From positions 1 to 64,000 of the IMG/VR virus record IMGVR_UViG_3300009151_000035: a stretch of DNA of 64,000 nucleotides; one strand, 5' to 3'. Shown in pieces: positions 39,534-49,890 of this stretch. The notes under the pieces were generated by a model that saw only the letters and a program-made list of their open reading frames with translations, ran no database searches and was not told the origin of the DNA. A program made the translations under genes and the position numbers. Positions within the stretch are counted from its first letter, which is position 1. Each line of letters starts with the position of its first letter. Origin of the DNA: a virus.

Positions 39534-42500
39534 ATGGCCATGACAGAAGAAGAATTAGCAAGAATGAGTGCTCAAATTGAGCTGACTACCGAAGCCTTGT
39601 CAAAATTTACTGGAGCCATGTATGGCGCAACTCCAGAACAACTTGCGGCGTCCAAAGCAGACAAAGACGCTGCAAAAGCTGCGGCTCAATTTCAAGCCAG
39701 ACTGGATACAGCCACTGCTGCTGTTGGTGCACTAGCAGGTGTTTTTGTAAACTACAATAAAGAAGTTTACAAAAGTGGTAATGCTAATAAAGCTGCGGCT
39801 GCTTCTATTGAAAGCATGGGCGAAGCAGCCAAGTATGCAGGTGCATTTTTAGCACTGTTAGTGCCTGGCGGGCCGTTGGTCAAAGCAGCCGTTGCCGGAT
39901 TGGGACTGTTAGCCAGTGAGTTGATCAAGTCTGGCAAGTTGATTGCTGAACAAACTGACGAGATATACAAAGCCTATCAGGACATGGCCAAAGCAGGTGC
40001 TGCTGGCGCTGGTGGAATGCAGGATGTGTTTGACAGCTTGCAAAAAGTGGGCATGGGCACAGAAAAATTTGGCGCCTATATCAAACTGGTCAACGAAAAT
40101 GCCAACGATCTTGCAGTATTTGGAGGTTCGGTAAACAAAGGTCGCAAGATCTTTGAAAACACCATGTCATCGTTGAGTACAGAACAACGAGTTCAAATGG
40201 AACAAATGGGCCTGGATAGAGAAGCTCAAGCCACAGCCACAATGGCTTACATCAAACAACAACGCTTGTTGACTCAAGGCACCAAATCTCAAATGGATAC
40301 CAGCAGTGCTGCTGTGATGAAATACATTCAAGAAACGGACACACTCACACGTCTTACCGGTCTCAACAGACAAGAACAAGAAAAACTTCATGACGATGCC
40401 ATGCGTAACGAGGCATACAATGCTACCATGCAAGAAATACGTGAGACACAAGGCGAAGAAGGTGTGCGTCGAGTGCAAGAAGCTGCGGCCATGGCTCAGA
40501 AAGCTGGTCCAGAAACATTCAAACAATTCCAAGCCAGCTTGTCGGGTTTTGTGGGATCTAGCAATGAAGCACAGCAGGCGTTTATGGCCACTGGTGGGAA
40601 AATAGCCGAAGTGACAGATGCATTGCGCAGTGGACAGGTAAAGAACACCAAAGAAACTGCTGTTGCCATGAATGGCTTGTTCAAGGCATATGGTGAAACT
40701 GCTCAACAGTTTAGAGGACAAGCCAAGATGATGAACTACGGTCCAACTTTTGGCAGTTACTACGAAGCAGTCAAAGCCGGATCAATGAGTCTTGAATCTT
40801 TGGCAGAAGTTGTTGCACAAGTTGACAATGCTGAAGAAGAACGCAGAAAACAACTAGCTGATCCTAAGACCAAAGCAATGGCAGAAGCCATGAATGCCAC
40901 TGTTGATCAACAACTCAAACTACAACGTGGAGTAAACATGGGCATGGATGCTTACATCACAGGATTGGGTAAAGTGACCAATGCTAATGCAACAGCACTT
41001 GATATACTAGGCAACGCCGCTAGATCAGCCGCCGAAGCATTGGGATTAATTGGTGGTGGTAAAAAAGTTCAACAATCAGCAGCAGTTCAAGATGCCACAA
41101 AAGCCACTGCTGCCACAAGAGACACAGCTAAACCTTTACAAGACCGTGTTGATGCACTGAACAAACAAATAGACGAAGATGAAAAAACCCTCAAAGAAGC
41201 CAAGCGTGCTGGTAAGAGTGTGGCAGAAATGGCGGCCCTTGAAGAAAAAATTAAAAAAACTAAAGACGAAGAACTTATTGCAGCAAAAGAGTTAGATGCT
41301 CAAGATCAAATAATCAAGCAAGCACAAAATAAGGAAACAGCGATTCGAAAAACACAAGTGGCCGAACAAGGCAAGATGAATCGTCTTGAACGAGCAATTA
41401 ATCAAGAAAAAGAGCAACTGGCCGAACTCAACGAAGCAAAGTACAATCTTGAAAAATATTTAGCACAGTCAGGAACTGATGCAAAAACACTTGCAGCTGG
41501 TCGCAAGCGAGTGGCATCATTACAAGAGTCTATTGACAAAAAACAAAAATCACTGACAGAACAACAATCAGAATTAACTAATCTACAGAAAAAACTTGCG
41601 CCACCAGGTGCCGCGCCTGCGGCAGCACCGGCAGGAGGAGCACCGGCAGGAGGAGCACCTGCAGCAGCACCAGCAGCACCGGCAGGAGGAGCACCTGCAG
41701 CAGCACCAGCAGCACCGGCAGGAGGAGCACCGGCAGGAGGAGCACCACCAGCACCGGCAGGAGGAGCACCTGCAACTCGAGGAGCAATGCCACCTGCTCA
41801 AGGTCGTAAAGAAGTAAGTTTAGAAGAACTACAAGCAAAAAAACAAAGACTAGTAAGGGCTGGACCAAGAACCAAAAATCAACAATCAATTGAGTCTCAC
41901 GAAGAAGAACTGAAAACATTAGACATGGCTATTGCTGAAAAGTCCAAACAAGTAAAAGATATTAAAGATTACTTGCAGTTTGGTGGAGAAAGCGGTAGCG
42001 AGACTTCTTTCAAAGGTCTCTCTCCAGACTTGCAACAAGGTATTCTTACAGCAGCCAAACAATATAAGGAATCAACTGGAAAACCGCTGACCATAAACAG
42101 TGCCGCTAGAACTCCGGAGAAACAAAAAGAACTTTATGATAAATGGGTTGCTGGCGGGAAAAAAGGAATGCCAGTGGCTCCTCCGGGCTCTAGTTTGCAT
42201 GAACAAGGTAAAGCTGTTGATATTCAAGAAGGCATATCTTCGTCAGTTGCTATAGCAGCATTGAATTCCCAAGGGCTATTTCAAACTGTACCTAACGATC
42301 CAGTACATTTTCAACCAAAAGCATTTGGTGATGGCGGCGTTGTAAACAAACCAACACTTGCGCAGATTGGTGAAAAAGGTCCAGAGGCAGTGATTCCGCT
42401 CAAAGGTGGGCAAGTTCCAGTACATATAAACAGTGATAGTATGAGCGCCCTAGGTGGCGGTGGCTGGAGCGAGCTTCAAGGCTACAACATGGGTGCAATC

Positions 42501-42947
42501 ACTACCGACATAGCGGTACTACAAAAAATTGCTGGCAAGTTGGGAGCATATGACAAATCAACCGAGATGATCACTGATCCAAAACTCTGGAAAGAAATCT
42601 TACAGTCGGGCATGTTGATGAACTATGATGTAGGCGCAGCTAGAATTGGAACCAAAGGGCTGTCTGAGATAGCAGGTTCAGAAGCTGTGGCTGATGCACT
42701 TGCTGGTCGAATCAAAGAACTGATTGACACCAAGAAAGACAGTGGCGAAGCAATTGCTCAAACTAGAACTGAATTTGCGGACATGATGAAAACATTCTAT
42801 ACAGATTTCTTTGCCAAGATGCAGGAGGAAATGCGAAAAGAAAGTCCATTGGATTCAGAGATGCTGGCTGTACTAAAAGACATTAGCAAAACAAACGCTG
42901 CCGCAGCAGGATCTAGCGAAAAGATGTTGCGTTACTCACAAAACTAA
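39534..42947 (+). CDS. Tape-measure-like protein with C-terminal peptidase M15 (VanY/D-Ala-D-Ala carboxypeptidase-like) domain
   Basis: Long Ala/Gln/Lys-rich helical protein; SAARTPEKQKELY...SLHEQGKAVDI...NDPVHFQ is the M15 zinc motif; FGDGGVV..PTLA.IGEKGPEAVIPL is common in tape-measure proteins. ATG at 39534 preferred over TTG at 39528. Confidence 0.78.
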   Translation: MAMTEEELARMSAQIELTTEALSKFTGAMYGATPEQLAASKADKDAAKAAAQFQARLDTATAAVGALAGVFVNYNKEVYKSGNANKAAAASIESMGEAAKYAGAFLALLVPGGPLVKAAVAGLGLLASELIKSGKLIAEQTDEIYKAYQDMAKAGAAGAGGMQDVFDSLQKVGMGTEKFGAYIKLVNENANDLAVFGGSVNKGRKIFENTMSSLSTEQRVQMEQMGLDREAQATATMAYIKQQRLLTQGTKSQMDTSSAAVMKYIQETDTLTRLTGLNRQEQEKLHDDAMRNEAYNATMQEIRETQGEEGVRRVQEAAAMAQKAGPETFKQFQASLSGFVGSSNEAQQAFMATGGKIAEVTDALRSGQVKNTKETAVAMNGLFKAYGETAQQFRGQAKMMNYGPTFGSYYEAVKAGSMSLESLAEVVAQVDNAEEERRKQLADPKTKAMAEAMNATVDQQLKLQRGVNMGMDAYITGLGKVTNANATALDILGNAARSAAEALGLIGGGKKVQQSAAVQDATKATAATRDTAKPLQDRVDALNKQIDEDEKTLKEAKRAGKSVAEMAALEEKIKKTKDEELIAAKELDAQDQIIKQAQNKETAIRKTQVAEQGKMNRLERAINQEKEQLAELNEAKYNLEKYLAQSGTDAKTLAAGRKRVASLQESIDKKQKSLTEQQSELTNLQKKLAPPGAAPAAAPAGGAPAGGAPAAAPAAPAGGAPAAAPAAPAGGAPAGGAPPAPAGGAPATRGAMPPAQGRKEVSLEELQAKKQRLVRAGPRTKNQQSIESHEEELKTLDMAIAEKSKQVKDIKDYLQFGGESGSETSFKGLSPDLQQGILTAAKQYKESTGKPLTINSAARTPEKQKELYDKWVAGGKKGMPVAPPGSSLHEQGKAVDIQEGISSSVAIAALNSQGLFQTVPNDPVHFQPKAFGDGGVVNKPTLAQIGEKGPEAVIPLKGGQVPVHINSDSMSALGGGGWSELQGYNMGAITTDIAVLQKIAGKLGAYDKSTEMITDPKLWKEILQSGMLMNYDVGAARIGTKGLSEIAGSEAVADALAGRIKELIDTKKDSGEAIAQTRTEFADMMKTFYTDFFAKMQEEMRKESPLDSEMLAVLKDISKTNAAAAGSSEKMLRYSQN
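41625..41774 (+). repeat. In-frame tandem repeat encoding an APAGG/APAAAP linker
   Basis: GCACCGGCAGGAGGA occurs 6 times (41625, 41640, 41676, 41712, 41727, 41751); a 36-nt unit is perfectly duplicated at 41640-41711. Confidence 0.9.
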
Positions 42948-42963
42948 CGGTAAATAAACAATC

Positions 42964-44733
42964 ATGGCAGAACAAAACAAACCCGGCTGGAAAAAATATT
43001 TTAAGGTAGCAGACACCACTGGAGTGATGAGTCCAATTTCGGGTACCAATCAGTTTGGGTTTCCGGGATACGGCAAGAACGATGGCGGTACAGGCAACAC
43101 CAATGAATTTGGATTCCGCAACTATGCCAGCAGACTGCCCGAAGTTTACTCTGGCCACCCCAACAGAATTGAGCGTTACAACCAATATGAGAACATGGAC
43201 ATGGACTCAGAAATCAACGCCTGCTTGGATATCATTGCAGAGTTCTCCACACAGCTAAACGAACAAAACGGCACGCCGTTTGACATTGACTATCAAGACA
43301 AACCCACCGACCACGAAATCGAAATCATCCGCAAGCAGATGAAGCAGTGGGTCAAGCTGAACAAACTGGACCAGCGCATATTCAAGCTGTTCCGCAACAC
43401 CATCAAGTACGGCGATCAAATCTTTGTGCGTGATCCAGAAACATTTGAAATGATGTGGGTGGACATGAGCAAGTTGGCCCGTGTGATTGTGAACGAGTCA
43501 GAAGGCAAGCGTCCTGAACAGTATGTGATCCGTGACATCAATCCCAACTTCCAAAACATGACTGTGGCAGCAAAAACCACCACAGACTACATGACCAACC
43601 CAGTTACAGGATCAATCTCTGGCAGCTCTAACTATACCATGCCCAACGGCGGCACAGGTGGTGGTGTGGGTAATTCAAGATTCATGACAGCCATGAACGA
43701 AGTTTGTTTAGATGCCAAGCACGTGGTGCATATGAGCTTGAACGAAGGCCTGGACACATTCTGGCCGTTTGGCAAAAGCATACTAGAAAACATCTACATG
43801 GTGTTCAAACAAAAGCAACTGCTGGAAGATGCCATCTTGATCTATCGTGTACAACGTGCGCCAGAGCGCAGAATCTTCAAGATTGACGTGGGCAACATGC
43901 CATCGCACTTGGCCATGCAGTTTGTGGAACGAGTGAAAAATGAAATGCACCAGCGCAGAATTCCCACTGTAACTGGCGGCGGCAACAACATGATGGACAG
44001 CAGTTATAACCCGCTATCCATCAACGAAGATTACTTCTTTCCACAAGGACAAGACGGGCGTGGCTCATCAGTTGAAGTGCTACCTGGCGGTCAGAACCTG
44101 GGCGAAATTGACGATTTAAAGTATTTCAACAACAAAATGGCCCGTGGTTTGCGTGTGCCATCCAGCTATTTGCCCACTGGTCCAGACGACTCAGATCGTG
44201 TGACCAGTGACGGAAAAGTCGGCACAGCCCTTATACAAGAGTATAGATTCAACCAGTATTGTGAGCGTTTGCAAGCACTAATTGTGCAAAAGTTGGACGA
44301 TGAATTCAAGATGTTCTTGAAGTGGCGCGGGTTTAATATCGACTCTAGCTTGTTCAACATCAAGTTCAATGCACCACAAAACTTTGCAAGTTATCGTCAA
44401 AGCGAACTGGACAACACCAGGATCACAGCGTTTTCACAGCTGGAACAGTTACCTTACATGAGCAAGCGTTTTATGCTAGAACGTTTCTTGGGCTTGACTG
44501 AAGATGAAATTCAACAGAACGAAGAAATGTGGCGTGAAGAACACGATGACGTTGATGCACCCCCTGTGGCCGGCAGCGACTTGCGAGCTGTGGGTGTAAC
44601 ACCAAGCGGCATGGAAGCTGACATTGCTACTGGTGAAGAAATGGCTGGTATGGATCAACCAGGCGCAGAAGGAATGGCAGGTCCGGGTGCAGCACCTCCG
44701 GCAGCTGGACCGGGTGCACCAGGAACGTTATAA
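42964..44733 (+). CDS. gp20: Portal protein, T4 gp20-like
   Basis: QLLEDAILIYRVQRAPERRIFKIDVGNMP, EDYFFP...GRGSSVEVLPGGQNLGEIDDLKYF..K..RGLRVPSS. Confidence 0.95.
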   Translation: MAEQNKPGWKKYFKVADTTGVMSPISGTNQFGFPGYGKNDGGTGNTNEFGFRNYASRLPEVYSGHPNRIERYNQYENMDMDSEINACLDIIAEFSTQLNEQNGTPFDIDYQDKPTDHEIEIIRKQMKQWVKLNKLDQRIFKLFRNTIKYGDQIFVRDPETFEMMWVDMSKLARVIVNESEGKRPEQYVIRDINPNFQNMTVAAKTTTDYMTNPVTGSISGSSNYTMPNGGTGGGVGNSRFMTAMNEVCLDAKHVVHMSLNEGLDTFWPFGKSILENIYMVFKQKQLLEDAILIYRVQRAPERRIFKIDVGNMPSHLAMQFVERVKNEMHQRRIPTVTGGGNNMMDSSYNPLSINEDYFFPQGQDGRGSSVEVLPGGQNLGEIDDLKYFNNKMARGLRVPSSYLPTGPDDSDRVTSDGKVGTALIQEYRFNQYCERLQALIVQKLDDEFKMFLKWRGFNIDSSLFNIKFNAPQNFASYRQSELDNTRITAFSQLEQLPYMSKRFMLERFLGLTEDEIQQNEEMWREEHDDVDAPPVAGSDLRAVGVTPSGMEADIATGEEMAGMDQPGAEGMAGPGAAPPAAGPGAPGTL

Positions 44734-44736
44734 ATA
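44729..44736 (+). promoter_or_regulatory. T4-type late promoter TATAAATA
   Basis: Exact consensus overlapping the portal stop codon, 5 nt before the next ATG. Confidence 0.65.
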
Positions 44737-44741
44737 ACAAC

Positions 44742-44960
44742 ATGCTACTGACAGAAATCTATAATCAACAGCCTCAAGCCTATCAAGACTTGAGTCAAGA
44801 CAACAGTCAACTGCAACTCAGCGACTTGCGTAAGACTCGCTTGACCTTGCGTCAGCTAAACAAACTGCGCAAAATGAATGACATTCGTTCTGTAGAATTC
44901 AAAGACAAACTCAAATTGATACGCAAACAGTATCAACCTCCAGCACAACCTATAGCCTGA
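44742..44960 (+). CDS. Small head-module hypothetical protein
   Basis: 72 aa, RKTRLTLRQLNKLRKM; lies between the portal and the acidic core protein. Confidence 0.7.
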   Translation: MLLTEIYNQQPQAYQDLSQDNSQLQLSDLRKTRLTLRQLNKLRKMNDIRSVEFKDKLKLIRKQYQPPAQPIA

Positions 44961-45061
44961 TCAGTCGGCGAGAAAAAACAGCCGTTTTGAGGGTTAAACA
45001 CTATAGTTTTTGACTGTTATATTAAATAACAGCACACTTTACCTATAGGAGTTTACCCAAT

Positions 45062-45931
45062 ATGAACCGTTTCGAACAATTAATCGAATACGTCATTAAT
45101 GACGAAGAACAAAAAGCCCGCGAACTTTTCCATGACATCGTTGTGGAAAAAAGCCGTAAGATCTATGAAAACTTAATGGCCGAAGAAGCCGAAGAAGACC
45201 TAGACGAAGCAGCTGAAGAAGAGCTCGACGAAGCTGAAGAAGACCTTGACGAAGGCATGATGGGCGGAGACGCTAGTGATGACCTAATTGACAATGTCGA
45301 AACAGAAGAAGAAATGAGCATGGAAGGCGAAGATGACGCCGATGCTGAATTTGACGACGAAGCTGAAGAAGCCGGCGACGACTTAACTGGTGATTTAGAA
45401 GCTGATCACGATGAGTTTGGCGGCAGCGAAGGCGGCAGCGGTGACGCTGCTACTAAAGACGACATCATGAATTTAGAAGACAAACTGGACCAGTTGATGG
45501 CCGAGTTTGAAGCTGCTATGGGCGGTGACGAAATGGGCATGGGCGACGGCGACGGGTTTGGTCCTGAAGAAGGCGGCGACGCTATTGAAATGGACGACAC
45601 CGGCGAAATGGAACCAGGCATGATGGAAGCCATCAGCTTGAAAGCAGCCCCAAAGCCAGTTACAGCTGAACAAGGTAACGGCAAAGCAGGTCCTGTAGCA
45701 TTTAACTCAGGTGCAGCTGGTATGGCCAGCAAGCCAGTACACACTGGTGCTAGCCAAGGTGGTCATCATGACACATCTGCTTATCGCAACACAACAAAAG
45801 ACTTGATTGGCAAAGTAGGTAATACACCTGCTCAATCCACACAAGATCTCAAGCCTGCTACCAAGCCACATTTGGGCCAAGCATCAGGCGTGAACAACAA
45901 GAGCCCACTGCCAAGCGGTCGTAAGGGTTAA
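45062..45931 (+). CDS. Acidic prohead core-like protein (gp67/gp68-type position)
   Basis: Very Glu/Asp-rich with EEDLDE repeats; SD AGGAG and TAAATA (45023-45028) upstream; between portal and protease. Confidence 0.65.
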   Translation: MNRFEQLIEYVINDEEQKARELFHDIVVEKSRKIYENLMAEEAEEDLDEAAEEELDEAEEDLDEGMMGGDASDDLIDNVETEEEMSMEGEDDADAEFDDEAEEAGDDLTGDLEADHDEFGGSEGGSGDAATKDDIMNLEDKLDQLMAEFEAAMGGDEMGMGDGDGFGPEEGGDAIEMDDTGEMEPGMMEAISLKAAPKPVTAEQGNGKAGPVAFNSGAAGMASKPVHTGASQGGHHDTSAYRNTTKDLIGKVGNTPAQSTQDLKPATKPHLGQASGVNNKSPLPSGRKG

Positions 45932-45935
45932 TTAG

Positions 45936-46574
45936 ATGTCATCTAGATACCTAAGAGAAGATCTTACTTTTAGCCAAGCCAACATCCAAGTTTTGGAAGA
46001 AGCTGATATTGGCGGCAAGAAGCACCTCTATCTCAAAGGCATTTGCATTGAAGGCGACAAGAAAAATGCAAATGAGCGTATCTATCCTCGACACGAAATT
46101 ATCAAGGCAGTAGAAACCATCAACGAACAGATCCGTAACGGTAACTCCGTTTTAGGTGAAGTGGACCATCCAGATGATCTCAAGATTAACTTGGATCGTG
46201 TGTGCCACACAGTTGACGGCATGTGGATGGACGGACATGCAGGTTGCGGTAAGTTGAAAATTCTGCCAACCCCGATGGGTGAATTGATAAAGACTCTGTT
46301 GACATCTGGCGTGAAGCTGGGTGTTAGCAGTCGTGGATCAGGTAATGTTGATGACAGAACCGGACATGTAAGTGACTTTGAAATCGTCACTATAGATGTG
46401 GTTGCCCAACCCAGTGCTCCTAATGCGTATCCTACAGCAATCTATGAAGGCCTCATGAATATGAAGCACGGTCATAAGATCTTAGAGATGGCTAGAGAGT
46501 CTGGTCAGGACGACAAAGTAAAGAAGTATCTCGCAAGTGAGGTTAAACGCCTCATTCGAGAACTTAAAATCTAA
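45936..46574 (+). CDS. gp21: Prohead protease, T4 gp21-like
   Basis: N.N.RIYP, LGEVDHP, ILPTPMG, GVSSRGSG and DVVAQPSAPNAY. Confidence 0.95.
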   Translation: MSSRYLREDLTFSQANIQVLEEADIGGKKHLYLKGICIEGDKKNANERIYPRHEIIKAVETINEQIRNGNSVLGEVDHPDDLKINLDRVCHTVDGMWMDGHAGCGKLKILPTPMGELIKTLLTSGVKLGVSSRGSGNVDDRTGHVSDFEIVTIDVVAQPSAPNAYPTAIYEGLMNMKHGHKILEMARESGQDDKVKKYLASEVKRLIRELKI

Positions 46575-46586
46575 GGAGAATGAGGC

Positions 46587-47681
46587 ATGTTTGATGCTAT
46601 TAAACCATTGCTAGATAGCGGATTAATCAACGAAGATGTCAGTAAGGAACTCAACGAAGCTTGGGAATCTAAACTGACAGAAGCTCGTGAATTGGTTCGT
46701 GCTGAACTTCGTGAGGAGTTTGCACAACGCTATGAGCACGACAAGTCAGTGATGGTAGAAGCCCTAGATAAGATGGTAACAGAAGGTCTCGCAGGAGAAC
46801 TGGCCAACATTGCAGCTGAAAAGCGCAATTTGGCCGAAGACCGTGTGAAGTTTCAACACAAGATGAAAGAGTCAGCCACTAAGTTTAACAGCTTTATGGT
46901 TACAAAACTTTCTGAAGAAATTTCCGAACTGCGTAAAGACCGTAAGATGCACGCCGAAGGTGTCAATAAACTTGAAAACTTCGTTGTGCAGGCTCTAGCT
47001 AAAGAAATTACAGAGTTCGCTAAAGACAAACGTGATGTTGTAGAAACAAAAGTTCGTTTAGTACGCGAAGCTCGTAGTCAGCTAGAAGGACTCAAGTCAC
47101 GATTCATCAAAGAATCTGCACAAAAAATGAGTTCTGCTGTTAGCCGTCACTTGAAGGCTGAACTGAACCAATTGCAAGAAGACATCCAGGTTGCTCGCGA
47201 GAACAATTTTGGTCGTCGTATCTTCGAAGCGTATGCTACTGAATTTGGCGCTACTCACTTGAATGAGAAAGCGGAAGTTCGTAAGTTGCATGACAAAATT
47301 GCGCACAAGGATAAGAAATTGTCCGAGGCAATTCGTCTCACCGAGAAAGCCAAAGTCTTGGTTGAGAACAAAGAACGCGAACTGCGTATGATCAAAGAGT
47401 CCAATGAGCGTCAAAGCACAATGGATGAATTGCTGCGTCCCTTGAATAAGGAAAAGCAAGAAGTCATGCGTAATTTGCTCGAAAGTGTCCAAACTACCCG
47501 TTTGAAAAATGCTTTTGAAAAGTATCTACCAGCAGTGTTGGAAGACCGATCAGCTAAAGCCCGCAAGGTGATTGCTGAGCAGGTGTCCGCAGTTACCGGT
47601 GATAAGACAGCTCCACAAAAGTCAGAGTCTGATGAAGATCGCAGCAATGTGATTGACCTCAAGAGACTGGCTGGACTGTAA
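46587..47681 (+). CDS. gp22: Prohead core scaffold protein, T4 gp22-like
   Basis: Charged coiled-coil protein between protease and major capsid; SD AAGGAG. Confidence 0.8.
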   Translation: MFDAIKPLLDSGLINEDVSKELNEAWESKLTEARELVRAELREEFAQRYEHDKSVMVEALDKMVTEGLAGELANIAAEKRNLAEDRVKFQHKMKESATKFNSFMVTKLSEEISELRKDRKMHAEGVNKLENFVVQALAKEITEFAKDKRDVVETKVRLVREARSQLEGLKSRFIKESAQKMSSAVSRHLKAELNQLQEDIQVARENNFGRRIFEAYATEFGATHLNEKAEVRKLHDKIAHKDKKLSEAIRLTEKAKVLVENKERELRMIKESNERQSTMDELLRPLNKEKQEVMRNLLESVQTTRLKNAFEKYLPAVLEDRSAKARKVIAEQVSAVTGDKTAPQKSESDEDRSNVIDLKRLAGL

Positions 47682-47705
47682 TAAAAACAATTTTAGGAGA
47701 CTTAA

Positions 47706-48902
47706 ATGTCAATGGAATTACTTGAAAGTCGCTGGGGCGAGACCAAAGAAGCTCTGCTTGAAGGTCTAAACGGAACCAAGCGCAATTCGATGAGTGTTAT
47801 CCTGGAAAACACCAAGCGTTACTTGAAAGAGAACGCAAGTGCTGGTAGCACCGCTTCTGGCAACATTGCCACACTTAACCGTGTGATTCTGCCAGTTATC
47901 CGCCGTGTGATGCCAACTGTTATTGCTAACGAGTTGGTTGGTGTTCAGCCAATGACCGGCCCTGTTGGTCAGATCCACACTCTGCGTGTGCGTTATGCAC
48001 AAAGTTTGACTGATACTTCTGCTGCTGCAACTTCTGTTACAGCTGGCCAAGAAGCATTGTCACCCTTTACAATCGCAACTGCCTACTCTACAGTTCCTCA
48101 AGGTACTACTAGCACCAATGCTTACACTGGTGCCAATACAGCTACCATGGAAGGTACTGGCGGTAAACAAATCAGCGTTCAAATCTTGAAACAAGCTGTT
48201 GAAGCCAAGACCCGCAAGCTGCAGGCTCGCTGGACTTTTGAATCTGCACAAGACGCACAAGCCATGCATGGTATTGACGTTGAAGCAGAAATCATGGCTG
48301 CTCTGGCTCAAGAGATTACCGCTGAGATTGACCAAGAGATTCTACTGAGCTTGCGCTCATTGGCTTCTACTGAGTTCACATACAACCAAGCTACCGTTTC
48401 AGGTACAGCTACATTCGTTGGTGACGAACACGCCGCATTGGCTGTTTTGATCAACCGTGTTGCTAACTTGATCGCCCAACGTACACGTCGTGGCGCTGGT
48501 AACTACGCTGTTGTTTCTTCAGCTGCATTGACAGTGTTGCAAAGTGCAACAACTTCAGCTTTTGCTCGTACCACAGAAGGCACCTTCGAAGCACCTACAA
48601 ACACCAAGTTTGTTGGTACCCTGAACGGTTCTATGCGTGTGTTCGTTGACAGCTATGCTGCTGACACCACACCAGTTCTAGTTGGCTACAAAGGCTCTTC
48701 AGAAGCTGACGCTCCTGCATTCTACTGCCCATACATTCCTTTGATGAGCAGTGGTGTTGTGTTGGATCCAACAACCTTTGAACCAGTGGTGTCATTCATG
48801 ACACGTTATGGTTACATTGAGTTGACCAACACTGCAAGTTCGTTTGGTAACGCCGGCGACTATGTTGGAGAAATTGCAGTATCTAACTTGTCATTCTCCT
48901 AA
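47706..48902 (+). CDS. gp23: Major capsid protein, T4 gp23-like
   Basis: LVGVQPMTGPVGQI, AKTRKLQARWTFE.AQD..AMHGID.EAE, EI..EID.EI, AFYCPYIPL and FMTRYG. Confidence 0.97.
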   Translation: MSMELLESRWGETKEALLEGLNGTKRNSMSVILENTKRYLKENASAGSTASGNIATLNRVILPVIRRVMPTVIANELVGVQPMTGPVGQIHTLRVRYAQSLTDTSAAATSVTAGQEALSPFTIATAYSTVPQGTTSTNAYTGANTATMEGTGGKQISVQILKQAVEAKTRKLQARWTFESAQDAQAMHGIDVEAEIMAALAQEITAEIDQEILLSLRSLASTEFTYNQATVSGTATFVGDEHAALAVLINRVANLIAQRTRRGAGNYAVVSSAALTVLQSATTSAFARTTEGTFEAPTNTKFVGTLNGSMRVFVDSYAADTTPVLVGYKGSSEADAPAFYCPYIPLMSSGVVLDPTTFEPVVSFMTRYGYIELTNTASSFGNAGDYVGEIAVSNLSFS

Positions 48903-48935
48903 TCAGAGAAACAACCCAGGGATGGGAAGGCAAAG

Positions 48936-48957
48936 AACCTGCTTCGGCAGGTTTTTT
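48936..48957 (+). terminator. Rho-independent terminator after the major capsid gene
   Basis: AACCTGC-TTCG-GCAGGTT followed by a T-run (cUUCGg tetraloop, as in T4 terminators). Confidence 0.9.
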
Positions 48958-48974
48958 GTTGGCTATATAGTTTG

Positions 48975-49859
48975 ATGATTCATTATCTCAATCCAGATAT
49001 TCACTACACTCCACGAACCTATCTCAATCAATGGTTCAAAGAAGATGTGGTGCTAATCACAGACAACGATTACGATGTGTCAGCTACCGATCAATTATTA
49101 AATCAATGGCCAATACAGCAACGAATAACTGATTTCACACATAATGCAATGTCAGATCACAAGGTAACGATACCTTCAAGATTGGTATTGTCAGCAGACT
49201 ACACCAACTGGTATACACCAAAAACAAATTTTGTGTTTTTTCCTCTTTACATGTGGGCATTTGGTTTGCGAAATCAATTGTGGTTTGATGCAAAGTTTGA
49301 TGCAACCAGTGATAAAACCAAAACCATAATGTGTTTGAACAATAATCAACCACCTCATAGAATTTGGTTGTACGAAGAATTTAAAAAATTACAAATTATT
49401 GATCAAATGGTATACACTTGGAAAGGTGAAAGAACATTAACAGACGATAATTTTGGTGCTTATAGAATTGGAGTCAATCATCCAGTTTATAGTGAGTGTG
49501 CTGTAAATTTGGTTACAGAAACAGAAATGACCACTTGCTCATTGAGTGAAAAAAGTTGTAAACCATTCATGGCACTTCAAATTCCAGTGATTGTTGGCCC
49601 GCCTGGCTGCAACAAATTTTTACAAGATATAGGATTTGACATGTTCTCAGATCTAGTGCCTTGGCATACATGGGACACTGATCTATCAATTCGATCAAGA
49701 TTACACAAGATATCACAGTTTGTTAACCAATGGATTCAGCAAGGAACAATACTGTCTAATTACTATCAAGTGCTACCTAGAGTAGAATACAACAAGCAAT
49801 ATTTTCACAGTGAAACATTGAGAAGTCGTATCATGTGTCAGATGTCACAACTTGCTTGA
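48975..49859 (+). CDS. Hypothetical glycosyltransferase-like protein
   Basis: MCLNN...HRIWL...AVNLVTET....LSEKSCKPF....P...G......L...GFDMF; paralogue of the next gene. The SEK/TEK motif recalls GT10-like nucleotide-sugar binding. Confidence 0.55.
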   Translation: MIHYLNPDIHYTPRTYLNQWFKEDVVLITDNDYDVSATDQLLNQWPIQQRITDFTHNAMSDHKVTIPSRLVLSADYTNWYTPKTNFVFFPLYMWAFGLRNQLWFDAKFDATSDKTKTIMCLNNNQPPHRIWLYEEFKKLQIIDQMVYTWKGERTLTDDNFGAYRIGVNHPVYSECAVNLVTETEMTTCSLSEKSCKPFMALQIPVIVGPPGCNKFLQDIGFDMFSDLVPWHTWDTDLSIRSRLHKISQFVNQWIQQGTILSNYYQVLPRVEYNKQYFHSETLRSRIMCQMSQLA

Positions 49860-49890
49860 GCAAATTTTTTGTTGACTAAGTATGTAAATA

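Noticed and set aside
41625-41774. CRISPR-like or guide array
   Set aside because: Repeats are in-frame, multiples of 3, and lack unique spacers; no cas-like genes nearby.
41578-41919. Alternative-frame ORFs rich in His/Gln, Cys or Leu/Val
   Set aside because: Shadow translations of the APAGG repeat within the tape-measure-like gene.
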